Part shown: positions 25,001 to 36,004 of the stretch, piece by piece | How positions within the stretch are numbered: position 1 is the stretch's first letter | How the letters are laid out: each line of letters opens with the position of its first letter | The notes under the pieces: generated by a model | Database searches by the model: none | Seen by the model: the letters and a program-made list of their open reading frames with translations, nothing else | Told to the model about the DNA's origin: nothing | Program-made: the position numbers and the translations under genes | From: Heptranchias perlo | Lineage: Eukaryota | Reading direction: 5' to 3' | Length of the DNA stretch: 64,000 nt | Assembly (NCBI RefSeq): GCF_035084215.1 | Contig: NC_090363.1 | Location: 6,448,001-6,512,000 of the forward strand

Positions 25001-26329
25001 GAAATACACACAGATAGAGTGATATAGGACCTTAGCTGTGGTCTTTGCTCTCCCCTTATCTACATCGAGAGAGCTTAGGTGCAGATTGGCAGGGCTAAGG
25101 CCACAGGGCTACTGCTGGTGTTTAGCTAGTTCAAAGAAAGGGCAAAGCAATTTCCACTACGAGGGGCTGAATGGCCTACTCCTGTTCCTATGTTCCTATG
25201 AGTGTGGCAATCTACTGCAACACTCAGTAACGCCGATGATTTTGCTAAAAAGTAGAATGGAACGCATTGTCCCTGGTAAGGTGATCCTGGCTAAACAAGA
25301 GTGCAGTAGTGTAGTGGTTATGTTACTAGACTAGTAATCTAGATGCCTGGACTAATAATCCAGAGAATGACCCACCACAGCAGTTGCGGAATTTGAATTC
25401 AGTTGAAAAAAATCTGGAAATAAAAAGCTGGTTTCAGCATAAAATGACCATGAAGTTATCAGATTGTCATAATAACCCAACTGGTTCACTAATGTCCTTT
25501 AGGGAAGGAAACCTACCGTCCTTACCCAGTCTGGGCCTATATGTGACTCCAGTCCCACACCAATGGGGTTGACTTTTAACTTCTCTCTGAAGTGGCCGAC
25601 CAAACCACTCAGTTGGGGAAACTAGGGAATGGGCATTAAATTCTCGGCTTGCCAGCGACGCCCACATCCCGAGAATGAATTTTAAAAACGGATATTAAGG
25701 TATTAGCTTACAGGGTTACCTGGTGCAGAAGCGGGAAAGATTCTTCACTGTTATGTGACAGGTCTGCCCCTTCGGGTCCCATTGATGAGCCAGCCTGGCT
25801 GATAAATCATCAACAGTCCTCTGGAACACAGCAGACCTGCCTGTACGACCATGATTACAATAAAGAATCAATTATCGACCTGCTGTTGAAGTTTGTGATT
25901 AAAATAAACTATTTGATGCACTGCGTTAACCTTGATAGTTATAATGTGGAGATGCCGGTGATGGACTGGGGTGGACAAAAGTAAGGAGTCTTACAACACC
26001 AGGTTATAGTCCAACAGTTTTATAACTGTTATTTTATAACTGTTATTTTATAACTGTTATTTTATAACAACAGGACTATAACCTGGTGTTGTAAGACTCC
26101 TTATATTTGATAGTTATACACTGATATTTAAGTGGGACACTCTAGTCTTTACCAGTGTTCAGGATGTACTGTTTAACCCAGTTGAATGTAATATACTTTT
26201 GTATCTTCATAATTTAAGCAGGAAAATGGAGCAGATTCCGACCAGTGCCCTTGGGTGGCGAATGACGATCGCAAAGACAAAAATCTGTCTAAAGGCCCAT
26301 CTTCTACTGTGTACACAGAAGTGCAGTAG
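1042..26329 (+). CDS. Gene A: NKp30/NCR3-like receptor with three tandem VJ-type Ig domains and a long ITIM/ITSM tail (about 578 aa, 16 exons)
   Basis: Exons 1042-1084, 3304-3648, 4364-4708, 6109-6453, 8163-8276, 10812-10830, 10931-10968, 13840-13880, 15879-15920, 16009-16052, 18462-18499 (GC donor), 19568-19608, 20294-20391, 22388-22422, 24518-24558, 26222-26329. All have AG acceptors and GT donors (one GC) and are phase-compatible. They total 1737 nt, open to TAG, with AATAAA at 26668. Confidence 0.75.
1155..1650 (-). mobile_element. CR1-type LINE 3' fragment
   Basis: Degenerate RRLRGDLIEV...FFTQRVVRMWNSL coding on the minus strand. Confidence 0.75.
1910..2290 (-). mobile_element. tRNA-derived SINE with LINE-derived 3' tail
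   Basis: tRNA-like head (tagtggttatg...gagttcaaatcc). The 3' end is shared with the LINE at 44130-44755. Confidence 0.7.
2681..2916 (-). mobile_element. CR1-type LINE 3' fragment
   Basis: NALPERAVEADSIVTFKRELDKYL plus 3' tail. Confidence 0.8.
3304..3648 (+). CDS. Gene A V exon 1 (NKp30-like VJ-type Ig domain)
   Basis: tttccag|...G|gtaagt, 345 nt, phase 1/1. Motifs LPC, W, EVSNGTAGFRGRI (human NKp30 recalled as EVRNGTPEFRGRL), DSGVYYC and J-like YGPGTNLTV. Confidence 0.93.
4364..4708 (+). CDS. Gene A V exon 2
   Basis: Intact 345-nt copy with the same splice sites, 1060 bp after V1. Confidence 0.92.
5003..5674. mobile_element. Solo LTR-like insertion (672 bp) between V2 and V3
   Basis: Absent from the homologous site after V1 (ggcaatgg/atgttaat). 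TG...CA ends, short imperfect terminal inverted repeat, 4-bp TSD atgg/ttgg (one mismatch). Confidence 0.7.
6109..6453 (+). CDS. Gene A V exon 3
   Basis: Intact 345-nt copy with the same splice sites, 1745 bp after V2. Confidence 0.92.
6861..7250. repeat. Minisatellite, 44-45 bp unit, about 8.5 copies
   Basis: Unit cactgtcctttccccctctgggactgggtggtacagtgggtcaga. Confidence 0.95.
7455..8137 (+). mobile_element. CR1-type LINE 3' fragment ending just before the gene A TM acceptor
   Basis: LVRPHLE...RRLRGDLIEV...FFTQR plus tail. Confidence 0.85.
8163..8276 (+). CDS. Gene A stalk/transmembrane exon (EKTKSIPAVLLILFISVGVEASVLLIVVLLCLKFQRMK)
   Basis: ttctcctccacag|...AAA G|gtaagg, 114 nt, phase 1/1. 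A hydrophobic stretch is followed by basic stop-transfer residues. Confidence 0.88.
9586..10585 (-). mobile_element. Two adjacent CR1-type LINE 3' fragments
   Basis: ORF-track peptides 9673-10091 and 10291-10521 match the CR1 ORF2 C-terminus. Confidence 0.85.
10812..19608 (+). CDS. Gene A proximal cytoplasmic micro-exons (7 exons of 19-44 nt; VTYVP, SIYIPM)
   Basis: Exons 10812-10830, 10931-10968, 13840-13880, 15879-15920, 16009-16052, 18462-18499, 19568-19608. Each has a pyrimidine-rich acceptor and a donor; the phases chain 1-2-1-0-0-2-1-0. Confidence 0.65.
11029..11580 (-). mobile_element. CR1-type LINE 3' fragment
   Basis: LEKLGLFSLEQRRLMGDLIEVFKI. Confidence 0.85.
11640..12076 (+). mobile_element. 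CR1-type LINE 3' fragment
   Basis: GLYSQEFRRMRGNLIETYKI...FFTQRIVNLWNSLP plus tail. Confidence 0.85.
13248..13465. mobile_element. Penelope-type short element forming a perfect 186-bp palindrome with hammerhead motifs
   Basis: 13280-13372 is the exact reverse complement of 13373-13465. TSD taacatctcactga lies on both sides. A CTGAGGA...GAAA core is present in each arm. Confidence 0.75.
13374..13412 (+). ncRNA. Minimal type I hammerhead ribozyme motif (mirror copy on the - strand at about 13333-13371)
   Basis: ttcac-CTGAGGA-a-ggagg(aag)cctcc-GAAA-gc-tt-gtgaa: stem I, core, stem II and the palindromic mini stem III typical of Penelope-associated hammerheads. Confidence 0.55.
14866..15014. repeat. 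Degenerate tandem repeat, about 50 bp x3
   Basis: cccaatgtgttggttac...atagtgggaagatttc occurs three times. Confidence 0.7.
15015..15616 (+). mobile_element. Solo LTR (602 bp)
   Basis: TGTGGAAA...TTTCGACA termini, perfect 4-bp TSD cttt, TATAAA at 15448 and AATAAA at 15533. Confidence 0.8.
16206..17165 (-). mobile_element. Possible solo LTR (about 960 bp)
   Basis: TGTGA...TCACA termini and a minus-strand TATA at about 16563. The TSD is poor. Confidence 0.35.
20294..20391 (+). CDS. Gene A cytoplasmic exon with ITIM IQYASL
   Basis: ccattcaaacag|KTATGSIQYASLQKSYLKKRPSLNLIVEYCDS|gtgagt, 98 nt, phase 0/2. Confidence 0.75.
20888..20957. repeat. 22-bp tandem repeat, 3.2 copies
   Basis: gtgcaggtcgtacccctggcct, three perfect copies. 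Confidence 0.95.
22388..24558 (+). CDS. Gene A cytoplasmic micro-exons 22388-22422 (EHDYEYDELNVI) and 24518-24558 (ARHDLNPQGMLVNP)
   Basis: Strong polypyrimidine acceptors, gtaaat and gtaaga donors, phases 2/1 and 1/0. Confidence 0.7.
23176..23550 (-). mobile_element. CR1-type LINE 3' fragment
   Basis: Same subfamily sequence as 11029-11580. Confidence 0.8.
25303..25682 (+). mobile_element. tRNA-derived SINE, same family as 1910-2290
   Basis: Shares the ctggttcactaatgtcctttagggaaggaaacc core and the gcccacatccc..gaatgaat tail. Confidence 0.7.
25944..26106. mobile_element. Second Penelope-type inverted element, centre replaced by a 14-bp tandem repeat
   Basis: Same tgtggagatgccggtgatggactgggg start as 13248, 31-bp inverted arms, TSD ttgatagttata. 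Confidence 0.7.
26222..26329 (+). CDS. Gene A terminal exon with ITSM (...GPSSTVYTEVQ*)
   Basis: Acceptor aatttaagcag|GAA, phase 0, open to TAG at 26327-26329. TxYxxV consensus at the extreme C-terminus. Confidence 0.8.
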   Translation, partial: ENGADSDQCPWVANDDRKDKNLSKGPSSTVYTEVQ

Positions 26330-26667
26330 CAAATGTGTAATGTTGTCAATCCTTCTAATGCAGTTCCAGTTTTATTTTCTGTCCTTTTGTAAAGCAAAGA
26401 AGGAAAGAATTTTTATATAGCACCTTTCACGACCTCAGGACGTCCAAAAGCACTTTGCAGCCAATGAAGCGGCCGTAAAGTGGCCGCTTAGGGACGCCCC
26501 GCGGACTTGAAAGGCATGCAAATCTTTCTCTTTGCTAACATTAAAGATGTAACAGCTATCTGTGCTTCTAATTAAACTGAGCTCTGTACATCAGTGTGTG
26601 ATTTGTAATATATAAGTGTTTTGGTGAATTTTTGCACTTATCGTGCCCAAAAGTGTTAGCGCTGTCA

Positions 26668-26673
26668 AATAAA
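26668..26673 (+). terminator. Candidate poly(A) signal of gene A
   Basis: AATAAA about 340 nt after the stop codon. Confidence 0.45.
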
Positions 26674-26995
26674 GCAGTTTCCCATTTTAGATAGCTAAGA
26701 TGAGAACCAAATAGGCCAGTTCGGGTGCTTTAGCTGCAAGCTCAGATGTGTGTCTACTAATGCACAAGTGCAGCATCTCCGTTCCTGACAATGAACCGTC
26801 CGTGTGGCGTCTCTGGGTGAGTCCATTTGCAATAAGTTGTGGGTAGCTTGTTCTGTTGACCCACCCTCCGTAGGAACTGGGTTTTAACCGCCCATGCCCA
26901 CTCTTGGCAAAGGACCGCTACAGCCATGATAGAGGTGGAGGGAGAGTGGACCTTCATCCTAGGAGTCTGCTGGATTTTTAATCCGCCTCCCAAAA

Positions 26996-27466
26996 TAGAA
27001 TGATACCCGGACTTCAAGGGTTAAGTTACGAGGAGAGGTTACACAAATTGGGGTTGTATTCTCTAGAGTTTAGAAGGTTAAGGGGTGATCTGATCGAAGT
27101 TTATAAGATATTAAGGGGAACAGATAGGGTGGATAGAGAGAAACTATTTCCGCTGGTTGGGGATTCTAGGAGTAGGGGGCACAGTCTAAAAATTAGAGCC
27201 AGACCTTTCAGGAGTGAGATTAGAAAACATTTCTACACACAAAGGGTTGTAGAAGTTTGGAACTCTCTTCCACAAACGGCAATTGATACTAGCTCAATTT
27301 ATAAATTTAAATGTGAGATAGATAGCTTTTTGGCAACCAAAGGCATTAAGGGATATGGGCCAAAGGCAGGTATATGGAGTTAGATCACAGATCAGCCATG
27401 ATCTTATCAAATGGCGGAGCAGGCACGAGGGGCTGAATGGCCTACTCCTGTTCCTATGTTCCTATG
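26996..27466 (+). mobile_element. CR1-type LINE 3' fragment
   Basis: ORF 27000-27383 is an intact CR1 C-terminus, followed by a ttcctatg repeat tail. Confidence 0.88.
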
Positions 27467-28494
27467 AGTGTGGTAATCTACTCAGTAACGCCTATGATTT
27501 TGCTAAAAAGTACAGTGGAACGCATTGTCCCTGGTATTCTAATATAGCCTCTTGAAACTGCCAAGTGTGATTACGTGCCACTCTCAAACCTGTGATTTTA
27601 ACTTCGATGGAGAGTAAAATACTCGTCAGTTTCCCGGGAGTTTGGTTAAAAATGTTGCCTTAATTATCCACCACATAAAATTAAAGTTCAGATTTCAGCC
27701 CAAAGAGTAACAGCGAAGGGGGCAATGCTGTAGGATTGGTGGTCCAGTAGAATAACGAGCCAATCAGAATGCAGAAGTTGGGTGTGGTAACTTAATGACA
27801 CCATAAAACGTCCTGCCCATCCAAAGAAGTCTCACCAACTTGTGGGTTACGCCTGCACAGTTGAATTTTCACCGTAAACACTCAAAGTCTTGCTGAACTT
27901 CAGACTAAGAAGATATCTGACTGGCTCATATTAATAAACAACAAGCAATAATCAGAGGTAAACATGAATCGTAAAATAACACTGCTAAGAATCTTTTGTA
28001 AGTTTAAGGACCAAATGGATGAAGAGTACACGGCTCGAGATAATGTGAAGTTATTCTGTTATAACACCTCTTCAACTTCAACCAAGGGTAAGGTGTAAAC
28101 TGGGTGATCCAGATAGGAGTTCAAACAGTAGATCCGAGGAGTGATTCATTGAGTTTGCCCTATCAGGTAATTATAAGGTTGTTTCCAAAGGTGTGAGAGG
28201 ATGAGCAACAGATTGGAGGAACATGTCCAAAAAGTGCGAATTAGTAAATCAACAGTTTCATGCAAGACAGCTATGTGGGAACTTTGGGGTCTTTTAGCGA
28301 TAAGAATGGTAGAAAGTAAAAGATTGAATGCTGGAAATCTGAAAGAGTCAGTTAGCATCTGAAGGACAAAGATATTGGCTTAAACTTCATCCCTTCATGA
28401 AAGATCCCGCACAAAACCTTAATTTGTTTTTCTCTCTTTCAGATGCTGACTGACCAGCTATGCATTTCCAGCACTTTCTGTCCTTAATTAAAAA

Positions 28495-29645
28495 AGGCGT
28501 TTGATAAAATGCCGCAAAATTGAATCCCATGGGATTAAAGGGGCGGTGGCAGCATGGATACGAAATCACTATGATATTCCGAAAGCAGAGGATAGTGTTG
28601 AGCGGTTGTTTTTCAGACAGGAGGGAAGTATTCGGTGGTGCCCCCTAGGAGTCAGTATTAGGATCACAGCTCTTTTTCATATATATTAATGACCAGGACT
28701 TGAGTATAGGGGGCATAATTTCAAAGTTTGAAGCTATACACAAAACTTGGAAATGTAGTAAACAGTGAGTAGGATAGTTTCAGACTTCAGAGGGCATAGA
28801 TTGGTGAATTGGGCAGATATATGATACATGAATTTTAGTGCAGATATGCGTGGTGTGACGCACTTTGGGAGAACAAATGAAAAGAGGCAATATAAACTAA
28901 ACGGTACAATTTTAAATTAAGTGCAGGAGCAGAGAGTCCAGAGGGTTCGTACACACGAATCTTTGAAGGTGACAGGATAAGTTGATTCATGCTGCTTGGC
29001 TTTATAAATTGAGTGCAAGAATACAAAAGCAAGGGCGGTGAGCTGAACCTTTATAGTTAGGCCTCAGCTGGAGTATTGTGTCCAATTCAGGGCACCACAC
29101 TTCAGGAAGGATTTGAATTCGTGTCGCGTGTGGAAACTGAACTTTAAAAAAAACATTTAAAAGTAATTGGCCTGGAGAGGGTGCAGAGGAGACATACTGA
29201 GTGGTACTGGGGGTGAGTGACCCCAGTTACGTGGAGACTCTATAGCAGCTGGGGTTGTGCTCCTTAGAGAAGAGAAGGTTAAGGGGAGATTTAGTAGAGC
29301 TGTTCAAAATTATGAGGGGATTTGATAGAGTAAATGAGGAGAAACTGTTTCCAGTGGCAGGAGTGCCAGTGACCAGAGGACATAGATTTAAGATAATTGG
29401 CAAAAGAGCCAGAGGGGGAGATGAGGAGAATTTTATTTAAAGCAGCGAGTTGTTATGATCTGGAACGCGCTGCCTGAAAGGGCAGAGGAAGCAGATTCAA
29501 TAGTAACTTTCAAAAGGGAATTGGATAAATATTTAATAAGGAAAAATATGCAGGGCTGTGGGAATAAGCAGGGGAGTGGGACGAATTGGGTAGCTCCTCC
29601 AAAGAGCCAGCACAGGTACCATTGGCTGAATGGCCTCCTTCTGTG
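28495..29645 (+). mobile_element. Older CR1-type LINE fragment (RT to 3' end)
   Basis: HGIKGAVAAWIRN, degenerate RT motifs, RRLRGDLVELFKI. Confidence 0.8.
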
Positions 29646-31124
29646 CTTAGCAACACTTGGTGGAAATTTATGTGGGCTTCGTTAGCAGATGTGACCGTTT
29701 TAGCAACACTAGAATAACTGACCTCTGAAACTAATACCCACCACAATAGTTTTGTTAGCAACCGATGCAACACCTAAACAAGTGTGAATGAACGATAGCA
29801 CTTTGTCTAAAAATGCAAATAAAAATAAGACAGGTTCAGTATTTTCGGGAAATAGTTTTATTCTGCAAACGTACACTGTCGACCCAGAATTCAGGTCTCC
29901 ACCCACCGGCATTGTCACGAATGGGGTTTCAACCCTGCACCTTCATCTCCGAGGTAGGTGGTACCACTAAGCCAAAGGCTCATTTCATCTATCACAAGGC
30001 CAATTCATCTAACCTTGGAATTGTGGACTGGTTGTCCGAAAGTCGTAATTGTTTTTATCTGTACATTTCTTCAGAAGTTAATTTTTGTTGGTGAGTTAGA
30101 AGTTAATAAATATCTTTAGCAATTGTTCACGATATAAAATGTCTACGGTTTATGGCATTTTCGTCTGATATTCAACATGTTGCTTCTAGAGCAGCATCAG
30201 TTTCATTATTCATCATAATGGGTCATTAAGGTACTAACATATCCCATTGTGTAGTGAGATATTAACAGCCAGGTACTGCAGGGCACCCCATGCTCACAAA
30301 TGTAATTTGCAGAAGAAACTATGAAGCAATTTAACATGAGGCTGTGCAACGGAGCGAAAAGCCTGTTAAAATGATTGGAACAAATTATATCTTAATGAGA
30401 GATTTATTTAAACCTTTATTGAATAGAATATTGAGCTGTAATATATCGTTTTATGTGTCGTATCTCTTCTGGGCACCCTCACTGCATTCAAATCAACATT
30501 CATCGCATCGTCACCCGTACTAACTCATTCTTTCGCGAAACTGTGGAGCTAACCTACTGCCTAGACTCTTCCCTTCCTCCTAAAATGGACCAACATTTGT
30601 AGCTCATGCCTTGGTTTACTTTTTGGTTTGACTGATCTTCTGGCTTACTGTGCGAGCCTACTAGTTTGCCGCACTGTAGAGCTTAGGTCTTCCTATCGAT
30701 TGCTCAGATAAAAAATGCAAGTATTCTCCACCATCTGGAACTGATTAACATGTAGGGAATTAAGAGTATTACATCGGTTCAGTTGCTCCATACTTGGACA
30801 GGGAGCAGCCAGTGTGCCTATTGAAGAGTAAGAAACTTATTAAAAGGTAACATCAACACAAAAAAAGATGGAAACTATTTTTCCAGGAGAGTCACTGAAT
30901 AAATTAAAGGAGATGGTATCATGAAGCAAAGAGAACAATTTGAAAAACTCATTTATGCTGTCTAAACCTACCGAATATATCGGGAGACGAACTCTAAACG
31001 ATTCAAACAATATAGAAATGATGTATAAGGATTTATTTGATAATGATTATGTTGTACCATGCACATTAAGGGAACCTAGAGGTACTATTAAATCAACTAA
31101 AAGGATAATGGAAAAGAGGATAAT

Positions 31125-32390
31125 GGACTAAACTTTTATAAAACACTGGTTAGGCCTCAGCTGGAGTATTGGGTTCAATTCTGGGCACCACACTTTAGGA
31201 AGGACGTCAAGGCTTTTGAGAGGGTGCAGAAGGGATTTACTAGAATGGTGCCAGGGATGAGGGACTTCAGTTATGTGGAGAGATTGGAGAAGCTGGGGTT
31301 GTTCTCATTAGAGCAGTAAAGGTTAAGGGGAGATTTGATAGAGATCTTCAAAATCATCAAGGGTTTTGATAGGGTAAATAAGGAGAAACTGTTTCCAGAA
31401 GGGTCGGTAACCAGAGGACACAGATTTAAGGTGATTGGCAAAAGAGCCAGAGGCGACATGAGGAAAGATTTTTTTACGCAGCGAGTTGTTGTGATCTGGA
31501 ATGCGCTGCCTGAAAGGGCGGTGGAAGCAGATTCAATAGTAACTTTCAAACGGGAATGGGATAAGTAGTTGAAGGGAAAAATTTACAGGGCTATGGGGAA
31601 AGAGCAGGGGAATGGGACTAATTGGATAGCTCTTTCAAAGAGCCGGCACAGGTATGATGGGCTGAATGGCCTCCTCCTGTGCCCACTATGATATTATGAA
31701 TTGTGGTAATAATGGGAATTGTTTTTTATCTACGTTAAGAGTCTGAGGACCATCAAAGACTGTATTGGGTCATTAAAAATTCTTTAGGACAGATTAGAAG
31801 GGGGTCTCAGCGCATGGCAGAGATAATAAACAAGTACTCTGCATCAGTCTTCATTTGTGAAGACAATGCACAACTAACAGCAATAAGTTGTGTTGTTAAC
31901 AGTAGAATTGTTAATATTAAAATAGACGAGGGTAACATAGATAGAATAATGAAGCTTAAAATAGATCGGGCTGCCAGCCCAGAAGAAATCCACCTGAGGG
32001 TCCTTAAAGAAACGGGGACAGGTGCAATGCGAGCACCCTGCCTGTAAATTTAATAGCTCATTAGAGTTGGGGATTGTTCCCTCACACTGGAAGGATTTGA
32101 AAGTTTTGAAAGTTACTATTGAATCTGCCTCCACCGCCCTTTCAGGCAGTGCATTCCAGATCATAACAACTCGCTGCGTAAAAAAAATCTTTCCTCATGT
32201 CGCCTCTGGCTCTTTTGCCGATCACCTTAAATCTGTGTCCTCCGGTTACTGACCCTTCTGCCTCTGCAAACAGTTTCTCCTTATTTACTCTATCAAAACC
32301 CTTTGTGATTTTGAAGATCTCTATCAAACGTCCCCTTAACCTTTACTGCTCTAAGGAGAACAACCCCAGCTTTTGCAAAATCTCCACATA
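31125..32390. mobile_element. Cluster of CR1-type fragments (+ 31125-31695, + 31720-32095, - 32105-32390)
   Basis: ORF-track peptides match CR1 ORF2. Confidence 0.8.
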
Positions 32391-35300
32391 CCTTATCCAA
32401 TTTTTTAAAAAAGGTGATAAGGCAGAGCTGGGTAATGAAGAAGTAATCACGGTGCGATGCAGTCCACATAAGGCGTGTGATTATGTGGGCGTGCACGCAG
32501 CAGGAGGCAGCTTAGCGGAAATGGTGGGATACTGCCTCTCTATTTTCCGATTATGGACATTAATGGATGGAAAATCAGGGCCGAAACCTCGCAGTTGGCT
32601 TCGAAAATTCCCTCCACCCACATGACTTTATGACATGACACAGGTGGTTCCGCACCAAGTTGTCTTTATTGTACTGTTGTTTATTTTTTAGCGAAGCCAG
32701 CCCATAATACGCTCGGATGTTTCATACCGTGCTACTGTAGAGATGGTCCTGATTTTCTTCCCGAAACACTAGGAGCTGGCTAGTGAAAGTCTGGAGTAGT
32801 GTTTGAACCGCCCTCTTGGGATTAATGGAGTTGAAGAATGGGGACCAGGTCTCAACAAATGCTTCCAGCTTCCCCATAATGCGATTATTTTGATATATCA
32901 CATATCGGCCACTAATTTCGGGGTTATTCCCTGAGTGCTGTCTGCGAGAAATATTCAGGAAGCCACGAAAATACAGGTTTCACCCACTTAAGTGCTGGGC
33001 GACTAAGAGATTAGCAAACACACCGTCTTGTTATAATTATATACTTTGCTTTGTTTTTTTTAATCGAAAAATCAGTGCAAAAGGCCAATGAATGTAATGC
33101 AGGAAACCTTCAAAGTTCAAAAAAGAGTTGAGACAACAAGCAAGATAAATCAATAAGTCACCTCAGATGATCCCAAACTTGGGCTCTACCAGATCGTAGA
33201 TTGTAGGGGGATGGCAAGACTGAGAAACGTGAGTTTTTTTTCGGGGGGGGGGGGGCGGTGGGGGAGTGGGAGGGGTTGACCTTTAACCAAGTGTCTAGTG
33301 CGCAGATCAATCATCAAGCTTAAGAATCTACAAGCTGAACTACTGAGAAATCCATATAAACAGGGTTCTGTCTGAGAATTGAGGAGTGCACACTCTGTCT
33401 CCATTGGAACGCATTCTGATTAGCCAAATGCAAATTGGCAAGAGCCAAGGTTTAGTGACCTCCAAGTGTGTGCAGTGGTGTTGCTGTGCTAAGTGATCTA
33501 AAACCATACCCAATCACAGTGCATTGACAAGCTCCTTGCTGACTATCCAACCGGAACCACCTTGTCCATTGTGACAATCGGTTTGTAGGATTCTTGAAGC
33601 ACACGGTAGGGAGAGTCCCAACTCCCAGTATCAGATCTATTCGCCCTCCCAGCTTAAACTAATGAACACATAATATAGTCTCGGTTCCAATCTTCCTTGG
33701 CAAGGCATGTCAACATGGAGGCACCATGAAGTGAAACAGTTCCCTCTTCAAGGAGAATGATCACCAGCTGGTCCTGAGCATGACTGAAACAAAGTAGGAG
33801 ACAATATAATGAGTCTCGATAGCAAAGCAATGAGTACGTACGATTGTAAATATGCGTTTCTCCAATATACATAATTACCATGATCTACTAAGAAAACCTT
33901 ATATAAGAAATGGCCAAATTAGGCACAAAGCTTAAGGTTTAGATAAATGTACGTTTTAAGGTGCGTATAAAGAAGAATGAAACTGAAATAAAACAGGCAT
34001 TCATTATTTATGTTTAATTGGATTTTTAAAATAATTTCCCGTGGCATTTAACAATTCATATCATGTAAAGCTAATTGTCACTTTTCCTTCTGTCCAGATG
34101 TGCCTGGAAATAGTATTGAGTTGCATCTAAACTGGGACTTTTACCAAATCGCTAGACTATCTTCGCTCTAAATCACATTTTTTCGGACTAATTTCGCAGA
34201 TCATGTTTGACTAAGTAGATTCGTGACTTAACAGTGAATAGAAAAATTTAGCCAAATTGGAAGTAAAAGAAAGAAAGACTTGCATTTATATATCACCTTT
34301 CACAACCTCCCAAAGCACTTTACAGCCAATGAAGTACTTTTGAAGTGTAGTCACTGTTGTAATAAAGGAAACGTGGCAGCCAATTTCTACTGTATGGAAA
34401 TAACACCTCCCTTACGTTTATCCTCTTGGCTGACTTTGCTTTTTGCTTCCTCTCCATCTCCTCGATGTTCTCAAGCCCCACATACTCCAGTCCCTGCTCC
34501 ACAATGCTCTTCCATTTTCCCCTATGTCCCAGCCTGTTCACATCAGACTCATGACCTCCATGAAATTTACCATCTACTCTTCAGAGTCCCTATCCTTCAT
34601 CATCTGTAGCTATCAACACAGTTGATCACTATGTCGTCCACTGCCTCTTATCTGTGGTTCACCCCTGTGGCACTGTCTATGTTGGTTACACTCCCAGATT
34701 CGCCAATGCCTTTTCTTCCTGTTTCCCTATGATCAATCCCAGTGAGAAGCAATGGTTCGTATTTAACTGGCTACTTATCCTCAACTACATGCCAATCCTC
34801 CATGACTTCATCCATAAACATAGACCCAACGTTGATAGGTATTCTGAGAAGACCCAGTGTTAATGACTCACACTGCACCGCCATCCAATGCCGTCTGACT
34901 ACCTATTGGGCATCATGTCCTGCAAGTCCCCGAACCTTCTGTAACTCAACATCAGTAAGATGGCAGTCATCCTTTTTGACTCCCAATAGAAAGTTAGTGC
35001 TCCAGGCACTGGTCCTCCTTCCTGACTGTTCATGTGTGCCGAACCTCCAGGCGGCAAACTGTACAAAGCAAAGGAGAGGTTAAAGAGGATACATGGGATA
35101 GCGCATAAAGGTCACAGTCACATAAGGCACCATTGGTAACTTTGATCTGAGATGAACTCGAAACCCCACATTATGTTCATGGGACTTAGGGGAGAGAGCT
35201 CCACTCTGCACCTGGCAGGGTATGGTTATGACTTTTAGTGCACCCCCAAATAAAAGCAAATTATAAATGGCACCTCTGTTTATCTTTAAGACCACTATTG

Positions 35301-36004
35301 TTTTCCAGAGCATTTCATTCACCCCCAACTCACACATCAAGGACTAACACACATGATAATCTAATTCTTTGAAGTCTATAAGATAGTTAATTTTGCATCA
35401 ATATTGCACGATAAAAAATAACATCAATTAACAAATATTAAAACTGTTGTGCTACGAACCTGATTCATCATTCCAATTGAAGAACAAATGTTGCGAATTC
35501 CTGCAAATATAATTTAAGAAACAAAATTATTATTATTATGTAGTTTCATACAGTTTTCCTATGCAGTTGATATTTGCCCCCTTGCGTCTTTTTCGTTTTA
35601 TTTCTGATTCTTGCTGGAATAATCTTCCATGGACATCTCGCCATTACCTTATCCAGACCATTATGTTTCCTGCATGAGGTCAGACAGTGAGTGTGAGTTA
35701 AGGCAGGGGCACAATTATAGAATTGTGGAAATATTTCCATAAGGAAACAGGAAGAAAATGCATTGGGTAACCTGTACCGTTACATTGGGAGTGTAACCAA
35801 ATTAGACAGTGCCACAGCAGTGAACCACAGATGAGACGCAGTGGGCAATAGAGTGGTGAACTGTGTTCATAGTTCAATGCAGGTTATAAAATCAGTAACT
35901 GATTATTTGTGAAATACTCAGTGTGTTTGTACCCTGCCTTTTTGCTATTATTATTACCTTTGCACCATTTTCTAGTTTTACAATGCGGCCTCTTACATGT
36001 TAAT

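Noticed and set aside
27000-27383. CR1-derived ORFs as host genes or active elements
   Set aside because: All are 5'-truncated ORF2 C-termini, and no full-length autonomous element lies in the window.
33654-33881. Minus-strand ORF with MLTCLAK resembling an Ig C1 B-strand
   Set aside because: I found no correctly placed Trp, second Cys motif or usable exon structure.
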